Assembly: GCA_047495785.1 (NCBI GenBank)
Contig: JBLDXI010000049.1
Location: 68,626-132,625, forward strand
Source of the DNA: Lepidodermella squamata
Lineage: Eukaryota; Animalia; Gastrotricha
Direction: 5' to 3'
Length of the DNA stretch: 64,000 bases
The notes below the pieces were generated by a model that was not told the DNA's origin, ran no database searches, and saw nothing but the letters and a program-made list of their open reading frames with translations. A program made the position numbers and the translations under genes. Shown here piece by piece: positions 1 to 12,643 of the stretch (position 1 is its first letter; every line of letters starts with the position of its first letter).

Positions 1-934
1 AATTTTTTTCATAGGAACATTCCTTGCCACCTGAGCTACAACTTAATTTTTACCGAATTCGGAAATCGTTTTTAAATAACAAGAAAGGTCATTTTAGGCG
101 CTGAGATTTTTAGCATTGTTGGCTGGAATTCTGGAATCGGAGGAAAACACCTTTTTCGCCTAATGACACCACTGGGTGATACCTTTCGAATGACACACTC
201 GGAAAACTGATGTCGCAATCGCGAGCAGTAATTACCTGAATTTTGTGGGGTAACTTGGCCGAAAGGACAAGGGATGGAAAATCGGCTTAAAAGATAATGA
301 AATGAAAAAAATCTCATCATTTAGAGCTTTTCATTCTGAATCTATTAGTCCATTGCAACTATCGCGTAAAAGCTACGCAGAATGATCTGTGAGCGTGTAA
401 AGATGCAACTATTTTGACAACTTGGCGCAGCAAAAGGTGATGATTTGGGTTGCGATAAACATGTAGGAAAATCTTGACGAAGAAAAAATGCCTTCACATA
501 AAAAAATTTAAATTTTATTAATAAATTAAATTAAATTATATATCATTTTTTAAAATGCACGAGATTTTATTTGTCAAATTTCAATGCTAAATTGAGGGTG
601 GGTAGGCCGTCTACTTTTGAGGTTTTTTTACTTTCTGCAGTGATGTCAGTTGCTCTCCTGTCTAGAGACAAATTTCCTTACCGGCAATTTTTCGCCTATG
701 GGGTTTCCTCCTTTGAACCAGCTTAATCTTAGCGTTAAACTGATTTGTCTTGTATTTATTTTGACGTGTCAAAAGTCGTGTTTTTGACGTTTGGAGATGG
801 TTTTTGAATTTTTCGTCATCTTCTGCAATTTTCTTCTCCCATTTGCTCTCCTCTGTTCAAGATGGCATGCCATAACTAATTCGTAAACTACAGTTCGCGG
901 ACTATTTTCTGGATTTTTTTCTCTTTCGACCTCT

Positions 935-976
935 CATGTCCAGGCCAAACGCCCCTTGTCCTTTGGCCTGGACATG
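935..976. repeat. Perfect 15-bp inverted repeat (hairpin, 12-nt loop)
   Basis: catgtccaggccaaa ... tttggcctggacatg read directly from the sequence. Confidence 0.8.
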
Positions 977-1412
977 GATTGAGAGGGCGTGATGAATCAT
1001 CGACCTAGTTTCTGCCAGATGGTTAACCTCCACAGAATCGATTGATGTTATCGGTCGTCGACCGGGTTTTCACCAATCGATCGAGAATGGAACCGGGATT
1101 TTTACGGTATAAAATTTAAAAAGAAACAGGTTACCATAGGCGAAAAATGCCGGCCAAGTTATCTCACACCACGGTATAGTTATTCCCGCAAGAAATAATG
1201 CATATTATAATTTGATCTCATTTTCAAACGCATGGCCGACCTTAATTTTGACCCTCATTTGCATATATGCAATGGCCTCATAATTATTAATTATTATCGA
1301 ATTAATAAATTAAATTTTAATCTAAACCGACGAGACTAAGAATTTTCTGAAACAATTTAATTTAACCCTGAAATTACCTCACCTTCAAAATATTTCCCAA
1401 AACTTTTTTCAG

Positions 1413-3376
1413 GCAAAAAAAGCGACAAATCTTCGAGGCAATCCGAAACAATGTCAATTGCTGAAGATTCTATCGATTCGTATGAAAGCGTATCGAAGCC
1501 AAACAGCCCGGATTGTTCCAACACTGCTGTCGCTTTGCCCCGAGAACCAGCCATTTTCGACGGCGCTGCGATAGAAGACGTTATTCGAAAATCAATCTAC
1601 TCACTTACTCTGCTTCACGACCTTGAGCACGTATAATTTTTCAATTTTTTTTATTTCGCTTGAATAATTATTGGAATGTTTTAATAGTTGCCGATGCGGA
1701 CGTATGATCGGACGGTTTTCGATGGCGAAAATTTCCTCCGGCTGATTGTGGAGCAGTTGGAAGGTGCTACAAATATTGGCTGGAATTACGCTAACTTCAT
1801 GAGAGGTTGTTTATTTTTCTCTTCTCGAGATTTGTTTTTTCAATTTTTGTCGATAAAAAAGACAATTTCGGAGTTTGCGAAACGTCCCTTGCCGCAATGC
1901 TGTCGTCTTCTTGGAAGCAAATCATCGGAATAGCTAGTTCCCTTATCGACAGTTCATCTGGCGCGTTTTTCGTTCGAGATTCAATTCTGCCCAGCTTCCT
2001 TGCAGCTTTCCCTGAACAACAGGTTTGAAAATCAATGCTTATGAGATCCACTGTATATGATAAAAGTTCGATAGAGTAGCTTGTTCAAGGCTTTATCCCA
2101 TAATAGAAGTTGGCTTCCCGATCTGACTCTTGAACGAGTACGGTGCGTTCTGGTTGTAGTACTCGCGCTGAATTTAGCCCCGGACAAATTAAAAAAAATA
2201 GCCTAATTTTATGACCACTCACTTCTTGTATTTTCTTCACTCTCTTTGGAGAAAATTAACGTCACAGGGCTATAGAAATCGAACCCAGGTCTCAACCGAT
2301 CCTGATCACACATATTATTGCGAGAGATAAGTTAGCATCGGGGATTTTGGTATTTATACTCGAAGCGTCACTGAAGTTCTAAAACGTCCTGTCGTTGAAT
2401 AAACGTTGAATACCGTTGAATAAAATAAGGTCCCATTTTAAAAATAAAGCAAAATTTTACTATTTTTGTGCGATTTTGTTTTGTTTTTTATCGATACTGA
2501 TGCCCTCCCTGAACCTGGGATTTTTTATTCTAGCTACAAGGTGCCCTAAGCTAATGGAGAATAATTATCGATATTGGGTTCCAAGGTGGTTGATAACGGA
2601 AAAATACTTGAAGAATCACTGATAGCGCAGGACATCTGTCGCTTAGGCATGATAAATAAACTTGAAATTGCAGTTAAACTCGAAAAATCATAGGCAGGTG
2701 AAAAAACCAGTCTCAAATTTAGTGCTGGCAATTTCCATTATTTTTATCACATTTTGGAGGTTTCGACCTAGATTGATTGATCACCATACGTATTTGAATA
2801 TTTAACGGATGCACGCTGCGAATAATTTTCTAAATAAAGCAAAAAATTACTGATGGTTGATTCTAGAAAATAATCGATACTCGTACTTAATTCATATTTT
2901 TAATACAGGGAACCTGGAGATTGGGCGAGGAGCTAGCTTCATGCCTCAGGGACGAATGGCAGCCTTCAATTGTCGAACTTTCCCTCCTGCTCAATATTTT
3001 ATTTTTCCACGGTAATAGTAATTAAAAACATTCAATTAAAAAAAAAACGAAAAAATATTTTACACAAGGCGCTCATGGCTTGAACGATCCTCGAGTCGAA
3101 CACACGAAACAATTATTGAAAGCCGCTTTCAACATGTACGTATCTCGGCAATCGCGGCGATCCGTCGAGGACACGCAGTACTACCTGCGGCGGACCGTTA
3201 ATCTAGCCGATCGGGTCGTGGCGAGTTTCCAAAAAGCCGGTGAGCAAATCAACCGCCGAGTTTTCCCGTCGTACAACGCCGAAGAAAAGTCGCTCATAAC
3301 GCAATTCATGTTTCAAGGGGCGTTAACCGCCCCCGACGCTGTGCCAATGTTACAGCAATCGCCCGATTTCGCGTGA
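1413..3376 (+). CDS. Divergent nuclear-receptor-like gene NR-a, 3' part (hinge + LBD-like exons; DBD exons not seen, probably upstream of the window)
   Basis: Spliced exons ~1413-1630, from 1688, to 2022, ~2910-3011 and ~3069-3376 give EPAIFDGAAIEDVIRKSIYSLTLLHDLEH|LPMR..., WQPSIVELSLLLNILFFH and QLLKAAFNMY. These motifs are shared with the DBD-bearing paralogs in the window. Confidence 0.8.
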
Positions 3377-5567
3377 TGACCAATTCGTTCCGGTTTTATC
3401 GATGACGCAATTAATGCTAGCGAATTTTTTCGAATTGTAATAAATTTGTCGAGTTTCAGTTTTAGCAATAAAGATCGGCGAAAGTGGCTGTTTCCGATGA
3501 AATAGATGAAAAAATTGGCGCTGTACTCGATGACGTAGAAGACGGCGAATAAATCTAGGGCAGATCTCAGGAAAGCCTGGTCGAAAATGTTGTAACGTTC
3601 CCATAGCAACATTCCGATGATTGGATTGAAAAGGGCGGGCTATATAAGGAAAAATACAAAAAAATCAACTTCTTGCAAATTAATTTCAGTCATTTAATGG
3701 GGTAGATCAGGAATTCCTAATTTCGGCCGCTGCGACCTAACTTCAGCCACCGGCCGAAATTTGGAAAATTTGTAACACCAGAGTTACAGGAATCACATCG
3801 TCAAAGAAAAGCTCCCAGGTAAAGCAACAAGGGCGATTTCCACAGTAAGCTCGCAGAGACGAAGTTAACGGCATCAAACTTAGGGTATTAGTGTAACTGG
3901 ATGAGGTGGCCGAAATTAGGGCACCCCGTTTCCTAGTTCCGGCTAAGAGTCTGACTACGAAATTAGCCATAAATCAGGGTAAAATCGTCCGGACTTGCGG
4001 GAACCGGTATTCGATATAGCCCAAGAACTTCTCTACAATTCTGTATTTGCCGAACATTTTCTAAAAATTCACCTGGCTTGCAAAGTAGGAAAAACCCGAA
4101 AAGTGGCCGAATTTAGGGCGGGATGCTCTAGTTATTTTTTATCAAAATAAAAAAAAATTGAATTATTTAATTTGAAATTACCACAAGTTCGCACAGAACA
4201 GTCGTTGCCGTAGCTGTAATCAGCGTAATGTTTAATTGGCATTGTTTTCGATGTTGGCGAGATTTTCGATCGCTATTGTTTTGGTTTTTGTAACTCGATC
4301 GGTACACGGCAATAATGAGAAGGATGTTGAAAACGATGAGCAGGACGAGACATCCTGTTCAAACGGGACAAATCATTCGAAATATAGTATTTTTCCTGAT
4401 TCTTCGACAATAGAACACGGTAAATTCAAAGTTCTAGGATAAAATGTCCCCAAATATGCTTTTCGGGCTTCAAGCGTTCCTCGTAGAATCTCATTTCTAG
4501 TGAGTGTCAACGGGGAGAGAAAAAACCCGGGAAAATGGGATCAAACCAGATGAAATACGGAAAAGTACCGAACCAGTTACCATCGTGGTTTTCCGGGTTT
4601 TTTCCGGTAAATTTGTTATTTCTTTGGTGAAATCGTGGATAAAGGAACGCATAGGTTAAATTTTAGTAAACTAGATAAATTTCCCACAAACGTTGCAAAA
4701 TTAGAAAAGGGTTGCGCTCTAAATTTTTATTCTCAAAATTTGAAATAAAAAAATGTATTTTTTACATCAAATTGCATTGATTGAATAGAATCGGATAGAT
4801 ATTAGAGGGACAGAATTTCGATTTATCATAAAATTTGCATTTGCTGAATTTGTTGAATCTAGATATAGATTCGAAATTTCCCAGTAATTCTTCAACGAGA
4901 AATAGATTCCCGTATATTCCCCTGCATTTCGCTCACTCACGAATTAAAAAAGTCCGGTTTGTTGCTTACCAACGCTGAAGATGAAAAATTGCACAACAGA
5001 GTAGATTTCGAAAATTTGGCTATAATCACGGCCGAACTTGAAGTTGCTGCACTCGGCCTGGTACAACAAGTTCAAACTCGCCATTCTCGGCCCGTTAAGC
5101 ACTGTCACGGCTATGAGCAAAGCGACGCAAATTATCGTAGCCTGTCTCCGTTGTTTCCGAACCGTTTCAAAATCCGGACGCTGCGTTTTATTTGTTGTGA
5201 CAAAGCAAAATCGCTCGATCGTAAAAGCGACCGTGAAAACTAGGGATTCGGTACAGCTCCAATTAACCAAAGGCCAGATGACGTATTGTAATATCGGTAA
5301 TTTCCAAGCAGCCCCGCGGAAGTGAACCGTGAAGAAGGCGAACAAAAATTGGCCAATGACGGTGAAAAATTGGATGGCGGATAAAAATGTTAAATATACG
5401 AAAACTGGAGATTTGAAGGTTGTAGCATCCTTCAATATCATGAAGGTCATCGCGTTTTCGATAATTGCGAATATATTCAACGCAGGTATGACGTAGCCGA
5501 GGGTTACGACGATAAAGTCTGGCTGCGATGTGCCTGTACAAGTCGAGTTACCGCTCGAGCTATTCAT
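3313..5567 (-). CDS. Class A (rhodopsin-like) GPCR, peptide-receptor-like (FMRFamide/sex-peptide receptor type), 3 exons
   Basis: Exons 5567-4970, 4354-4182 and 3639-3313 join in phase. Seven hydrophobic segments; TM3 FTIERF, TM6 LCELVP, TM7 SANFFIY, helix 8 NSHFRR; N-terminal N-glycosylation sequons. Confidence 0.85.
3705..4128. mobile_element. Non-autonomous DNA transposon (MITE-like) in GPCR intron 2
   Basis: Imperfect terminal inverted repeats (gatcaggaattcctaatttcggcc / ggccgaatttagggcgggatgctc), TA on both flanks; a second copy lies at 34380-35118. Confidence 0.75.
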
Positions 5568-5837
5568 TTTTCAATGTGAGAAATGTCTGATTTGAGGTGT
5601 AAAAATAATTCCCTTTTTACGGCACAGCTGAAATAAATATAACTTGAAAATAAATTGATTCTTGCCGAAGGATTAATTATTGTCGAATATAGGTCATCTT
5701 ATCGCAGGAGGAATAATATGGGCGAGTGGGTATTACCTGGACGAAGATTTGCAATTTCCATATCGATTCAATGCGGTTCCCCGACATTCGCTGCGTACCA
5801 GAAAAAAGACTGCGAGAAAAAGGATAAATAATATATT

Positions 5838-5925
5838 TTGGCGCAATTGTCGTTAGCGCACATGTCGTTTTCAAATTTAGCGCAGTTTTTAGCGCAAATG
5901 TCGCCGCGCAAATGACGCCAATGCC
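5838..5925. repeat. Short degenerate tandem repeat (gcgcaaatgtcg-like units)
   Basis: About five imperfect units containing GCGCA. Confidence 0.45.
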
Positions 5926-6435
5926 TAATTACTGGTACCTGAGTATTATGTGCACATCGAATCGTAAAATTTCTAAACATGAGAGGAAAAAATGAGTTAT
6001 AGAGCAACTGATATAACTCTCATTAATCGATAAATACCTATATATTTGAACATTCTATTTTTTTCTTGGCACCAAGTACTTGGCGTCATTTCGATGAAGA
6101 AAGAATCAGGTATTTGCTGTTTAAAAATTTCCCATCAATTTGATCCACACCTTCATTTAAAAATGTTCGAATTAACGTCATTTCAAAGGAATTCATAAAA
6201 GTCGTAAATAATTTTCGCATCGAAAAAACTGAGACAGCGCGTGCAAAAATACACGCAAAAGATTTCACGCGTGACTGAGTTTGTTTTTTTCCACAATAAT
6301 TACCTGTCCTAGCACAATAGGGTGGAAACGATAAACATGTTATTGTTATCAACAGCGATTTAGCTTGAGTTGAAAAAATCACAAATTCCCAATTTTTGTT
6401 TTCAAGATTTTCGCCAATTTAATCGGATAACAGGG

Positions 6436-9208
6436 ATGAAAGTTATTTTAACGATATTTGCCGCGTTATTGGCGGCCGCTGATCTGGTGCAATGTGGCGA
6501 ATGGGTTCGATGCTTCTCGCAATTCGATGACAAATTCACAGATTGCCGCGAATTGCCCAATGGCTGTCAGCGAATACGCGAGTATCAAGTATAAGTCGTT
6601 GAGCCAATTTTCTTAAATAAGAATTTCACATTTTTATCGGCAGCTTGGAAGCAGCCTGTCTGATCCAACTGCATGTTTGAGAGCGGTAGAAATTATTGGC
6701 AAATAATTTTTAAGTTTAATTTTTAAATTTATTCTCAGACTGCTAGGCTGTGCTACAGATTCGATAGTTATGCAGCTACTTGCCGACCGGGAAGTCCTGG
6801 CTGTGGAAAAACAACCGAAATCATGGTTAGTGACAATTATTTCCATTTTTAATATTTAAAATTTAAGAATAATTCATGACATTTTTTATTTTTTTACGTT
6901 CTAGATTGGCAATACCTACAACGGCGCTTACCCGTTTAGGACTAATTTGGCAAGTTGTACTACGGAGCAAAATTCATTTCCGGTAAAATTGATTCAACTC
7001 GGATTTTCGAAAAAGGAATAATATCATTATTTGTAACAGGCTCGTAAATTCGATATGTGCTTTGATGGCGCTAACAAATTTGTCACATGTACCCCAAGCG
7101 AACTGTCGTGTCCAACTAATTCGGTGAGAATGTCAATCAATGATCTATTGCCTGTTAATCTGCTGTGAATCTAGTCGAAACCTCAATCGCCGGGATCCTC
7201 ATTCACCAGTTTGGAGGCATGCCTTCGAAGTATCAGCAGTGAGTTGATCAAAATGAGACAGCATTTTTATGCTTCGATTTTTTTCCCCTACGATTTTTAC
7301 GTTTGGCATACGGTGGTCGATTTTCCGAATAGTTTTTTCATTTGGCAGAAAATTAAAAAATTCGGCCGTGAAAGGGTTAAGAAATTTCTGATGCGTTTAC
7401 TAGCCAAGGTCCGGTAAATGCATTACAGAGTGTCCCATAAGTAGCGCAACCATTTTGTAATTTTGAAATTTTTTCAAGGAAACTAAATCCAATTCGTTGA
7501 AATTAAGCCCACTGGGCTATTAGGTTTTTTGTAGCTATTTTTAGCTCGTTCAAAGTATTATCACCCTGTCTACTATCACCTTCTCTCGGAATTTTGCCGC
7601 GTAAAATAAAAAATTTTACCGTCCTGAAAGACTCTTGAAATGGCGATTTTTCGTAAAAGTGACCAACTTTGAGATAATTTTAAAAAAGTTAGAAAAAAAC
7701 CGTCTCATGAGACGGGACTCATTTGATAGAAGAGCGCTTCTAGTATTCCGGTAAATTTGTATGAAATTTGTGGGAAATGAAAGATTTTCTCTGGGAATTT
7801 TAGAAAATAATTAAAAATCGGAAAAATTACAATGGGCGGATAGGGCGATGAATGAATAAAAATGATAGTCGCCTGCCCACTTTTTCACATTTTGGTGTGA
7901 ATTTATTTACTATAGGAAGATCGCTAGTTTCCGATCTGTATAGAGTTGTCTATGTGGATGAACATAAACTATTTTTCCAAAAATATTCAAATTTCTTCCG
8001 GGTGGGCTAACCGTGGCAGAAGAATCGCAAAAATCGCCAATTATAGCCCTTTGATGTGTCCTTAGCTAGAGGGCGGCTTCTAGTATTTATTAGCAGTAAA
8101 TAAACATTTCGACTGGGAAACATAGAGAAACGATTTTGAAATTAGGTAATCACATGTAAGTCGGCTAAAAAGTGACCTACAATGTTGTCGCGTGCCGCGC
8201 TTTCTGCAATTTCAGCTCGAATAAATTATTATTTCTCCTCACTCTATCCTATAGCGAACCATAGTAATTGCCATTCTTGACATGGGAACTTTTATCTGTT
8301 TCAGGCGATCGTACCGACGCTGTCAAGCCGCACATCCGTTGCTTCAACGCTGCTACCCGGGAATTCACTGGTTGCCGATTAAACAGCTCCCGCTGCCTAG
8401 CCAATGAAACCGAGGAATTTTCAACTGGGGTCTACCGAAACAGAGCCAACTGCCTATCATGGGTAATTCAACCTTATTTTCCTTTCTTGCAGTGAGTTCT
8501 GAGATGTTCATTGGCTCGCAAAAATTGAGGTTCCAGCTCCTAATTCGAGCACTCTAAATCCTAGATTCATTTCAAGATGTTTCCGTTCACGATCAATGAA
8601 CATGGCTCCCAAGACCCAAGTTAGGCTTGAGGATCGAAAACTGAGGACCAGGAGAAACTGGAACCCGTAAAATTTGGGGTTAACTCAGTGCAGTAGTCTT
8701 AATTTCTCGGAAATTTATGACATTTTGTAATGATAAGAACTTTTTCAGTATGCTGTTCAATGCGACACCCAAAATGGCAAAAAATGCTACAACACCTGCC
8801 CGAATGGCTCAACAATGGTAAGCTACAATGCTGCTACATAAAAATGCTCGATTTTTCACTTGCTTCCAAAATAGGTGAAGATGTATTCGAACGCGACGAA
8901 ATTTGCCGAAAATTACGCAAGCTGCTTAGCTGACTTGAAACCAGCGAAATCCTACTTCCTCGAGCAAACCTCCGACACTTTCCTTAAGCAGATACAAAAT
9001 TGCAAAGCTAAAGGCGGGCGGCTGGCGACGTTCTCCTCGCAGGCTGATCTAGATGCCGCTTGGCAGTTGACTATCAATCACACCTTTGGCGATGAACGTA
9101 GATATATCGGACTCTTCGCTGATTTTACATGGGAGGATGGCAGCCTGGTTGAGGCCGATTCGCCATTTTGGAGCAGCCCTTATATGGCCTTTCAAGACTT
9201 GGGCGAAT
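6436..9208 (+). CDS. Secreted protein with ~5 four-cysteine repeats followed by a C-type lectin-like domain (3' end unresolved)
   Basis: Signal peptide MKVILTIFAALLAAADLVQCG; small Cys-rich exons; CTLD first half CKAKGGRLATF...YIGL...FTWEDGS...SPFW ending at GT donor 9209. Confidence 0.65.
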
Positions 9209-9748
9209 GTAAGTTGTAAGGCTCGCCCCGGGCCCATCGCAGTTTGGTACTGCCCTAAGGTCCCAGTGTTGGGCGACATTTATTTAATTTTTTTCTGCAT
9301 CAATTCTTTTCAATAGAGAGATCATTGCCTGCTTCATTTTTGTGTAAAAACCAGATAGAGCAATTATTCAGATTTACTCAACTACGGTCTCAGTCATCCA
9401 GCTTATGTTCTGCTTACATTTTCGCGGGGTTTAAATTTGTGAGGATCTGAAATTCGCGGTCCCTTCATCCCTTCATACCGCGACAATTAATGGACCATGA
9501 AAATAAAGGGGCTTTATAGTATTCCCGAAGAATGTTAACACATCTTGAGACTGCTTTTCTCCTCGGTATCAACTTGAAACTCGGAACTACGCAGCTAAGA
9601 GTGCAAGAATACCTTAGCGATGGATAAACATGGACACTTTAGCTTTGCGGGTGAATAGTTTTGTAATGTCGTACGATAGAAACCAGTCTGTTGCGCGAAA
9701 TTCCTGTCCCTTGAGCTTTCGAATGGTCCGAAAATGATTGAAACAATA

Positions 9749-10053
9749 GGGCAAGGTTACCTAAATCTGCATAAAAAATTTCCACTTTTTCAAACGATTG
9801 TCATTCCATAACCATGAGGTTCTCCGGGCTCATATTGACCATAAACAGTCAGAACCCATTCCAGTAAGCTCACAAAATCTCAACCAATTCCTCACCGTTA
9901 GGGAGCCATCGTTGGTGAAAGTCAAAAAAGGCAAAAGTTTAAAATCGCTTGAGGGTACCATTAATCTGTATAAAAGCTTCACTTCATGGTTATGGAATGG
10001 CAAGCGTTTTAAAAAAATGGACATTTTTTATGCAGATTTAGGTAACCTTACCC
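9749..10053. mobile_element. MITE-like element with ~70-bp terminal inverted repeats
   Basis: gggcaaggttacctaaatctgcataaaaaat...cattccataaccatga versus tcatggttatggaatg...attttttatgcagatttaggtaaccttaccc; TA on both flanks. Confidence 0.8.
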
Positions 10054-11123
10054 TAATTGACTTTTTAGAAATTGTTATAAGAAAGGTAACTCAAATGAAG
10101 TAACTCTTATATCCCAAACATTATGATTATTTTGCGACGGGAATTGGGCTGGGTATTCTAAGAGGGTTCCTCTCTCCGTTATAGAAAGAAAAATGAAGAT
10201 CCAATGATTGGTTTTTGCAAGGCATCCACCTGAAGTTCAGGTGAAAATCAGGCAGTTTAGTACTGGTAATGAGCAAAAATGTCTTTTTCTCATCTTCTTC
10301 GGGAAACAGATTATGCCTTAAAAACAAACTTCAACTACCTAATCCGACGTTTTCCCACAACTTGAGTCAACAGAAGCGACTCCTTCCCAAGTGGTACTAA
10401 CAGTACTTCCTAAGCGATCCCAACGCACGGTTCTGACGCGCGAATGATGACCGGTTTTAGCTAATGCCGAGGTCTTAACTTTAATTCACGTAATTTGTTT
10501 TGCCGCCCCTCTTTACTAATTGAACAAAAGATGAGGAAAAATGCTCAAGGCTGCGCATTGGACCCAGCAAACCAGAGGTTGCTTTTATACTCGAACGAAG
10601 CGAGCTTTAGCTAACGGTATTTCACATGAATTTTTGCTGAAAATAGTCTAGAATTGACTAATTTTCGCGTTATGATCGAAGGTAACGGGGTAGTCGGCCG
10701 CATTCCAGCCATCATTCGAGAAAAGCTTCCCGGCCGCGATGAACTGCCCTGCCGGCCGCATGCGGCCGCAAAATACGAGTTTGCGGAAAATGTCGTAGGC
10801 TATCATAGAATTTCAGCCTATCTCAGATTGGGCAGGTTTTCGTAGAATAATTCTGTGTCACATTAAGTCTAACCAGGATGATGGCGGATGATTCTGAAAC
10901 ATTCTGTCTTAAATGCGCAGGTTTGTTTCTGACGCAATTCGGAATTGAGGAGAACAGATGTTCGACTTTGGCGAAAGGTCTTTGCGCTGACTCAGTAAGT
11001 TCGCATCATTCATTATAACTCAAGATATTCTTATTTCACGCATGCTTTTCACTTTAGCAATTGCCGGAATTAGTAAGTATGAATTCATTTGAAGTCATGA
11101 AAGGTTACATTGATTTGTTCTAG

Positions 11124-11531
11124 ACGTTACCTCACTTAGGGCTAACATCAGCAGAAGACGTTAGGTTGAACGCGTCAAAAGCGTGCCAGGACAGCGGAAG
11201 GTCACTGGTGAAGATTGCAGACGCGATTACCTACAACTCTTCATATGCATTACTGTCTCAAGCAAACAATAGAACTTACATCGGCGGGGTTCGCAGAAGC
11301 CTGACCGCCTATCATTGGTTCTCCGGCGAACCGTTCAGCAACTCGCAATTCGATTTTCAAGCTAGAGACCTTGAGGATGCATACAGACTGCACTGTAAGA
11401 CGTTTAAATTTTCAGTCATTCGTTATTTCAATACTGGAGTTCTTTTTTCAGGTGCCGTCCTCCTCGATGCCAAACTTTACCGGAGCCCCTGCGGTTTCTT
11501 CTTTACCGCGATGTGCGAGCGCGATTTTTAG
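11124..11531 (+). CDS. C-type lectin-like domain, terminal exons (5' connection unresolved)
   Basis: ASKACQDSGRSLVKI...TYIGG...YHWFSGE...C-AVLLDAKLYRSPCGFFFTAMCE* after removing a ~55-nt intron (~11396-11450). Confidence 0.7.
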   Translation, partial: TLPHLGLTSAEDVRLNASKACQDSGRSLVKIADAITYNSSYALLSQANNRTYIGGVRRSLTAYHWFSGEPFSNSQFDFQARDLEDAYRLHCKTFKFSVIRYFNTGVLFSGAVLLDAKLYRSPCGFFFTAMCERDF

Positions 11532-12643
11532 GAGGATGATATACTGAGCGGTTCCGCGCCGTCGGCAAGAACCAGGATGGCTTGGGTTGATTCTGTCAAG
11601 ATGTCATGAACTTGTAATCACACAATGACAGTCATATTCAAAGATTATTATTGTAAACCAGCGCTTTCTCTCAGGGCCTGAAATCTGTGAGTGATCTGCG
11701 GTTGAAACGTCTTAATTACTCTCCTGACTGCCCAAGTTGACAACACATACATTTATTCCTGTATCAACCAATAAAATTATTTCCAGGCCAATTGATGATA
11801 CTGTGGTCCGAAGATGCTCTTTATTTGCTTTGCCGTTTGATTATGGGCTTGAACATCGATCGTACTTGGGTTGTACCTTGGCTCGCCACAAAAGCTAAAG
11901 ATACAAGAACGATATGAGGCCTAGGAGAGGATAACCTCTGCCTCAAGAAATCCTTAAATGCGTGATCCCTCAAATCAATGTTTCGATTGGTTCAAGGCTT
12001 TTTTGGACATTTGTCATAATTCTCCTATACTGTGGTCACCTTTAGTATTACTCACAGTTTGGAACTAAGGCAATTCTACTGGAAAACTGAAAGTTTTAAG
12101 GTTCAGGCGGATACTCTGAGCGTCTTCGATCTGAATGTAGACATTTTTGCTGTCTAATTTTCAAAAATTATGTGAAATTTTTCCAAGGAATGGACACCTA
12201 CTCACCATTTCTTACAATTTCTAATTTTTTGTTCCGCTGTTGTGCTCGCTCTAACGAAAATATGTCGCCGGAAATGGGTTAGTTTACATACTACAATTAG
12301 GCATACAATTACCACCCTATCAATCGTAAAAACACCCGATTCATGAAAATACTGAATTAAGATGTAGCGAATGGCGTATGATGTCACCTTTTTGACAAAA
12401 TAATACTGGAAGTTGTGAAAATTCAACGACTCAATGAAATAAGCCCTACTTTTTATATCCCTAATCAAATCAATCTGATTGATAGCTGCAGACATTCCCC
12501 GGAAAATTGCCACCCCCAATTATCGTCGGTCGCACACTTTTATCATATCGATTTTTCCAACGCATGCTAACACGGAAACACTATACACGCCTTATTTAAG
12601 TGAAATGCAGACAAGCATATATAATCCTATCTAGTTTTTGAAA

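Noticed and set aside
1-1412. Search for the missing DBD exons of NR-a
   Set aside because: No CxxC/CxAC/CRxxKC-coding segment found. The region is probably a long intron, so NR-a cannot be called DBD-less.
4236-4442. + strand ORF resembling a small secreted peptide (MALFSMLARFSIAIVLVFV...)
   Set aside because: It is the antisense shadow of GPCR exon 2 (TM5-TM6) and starts at TTG
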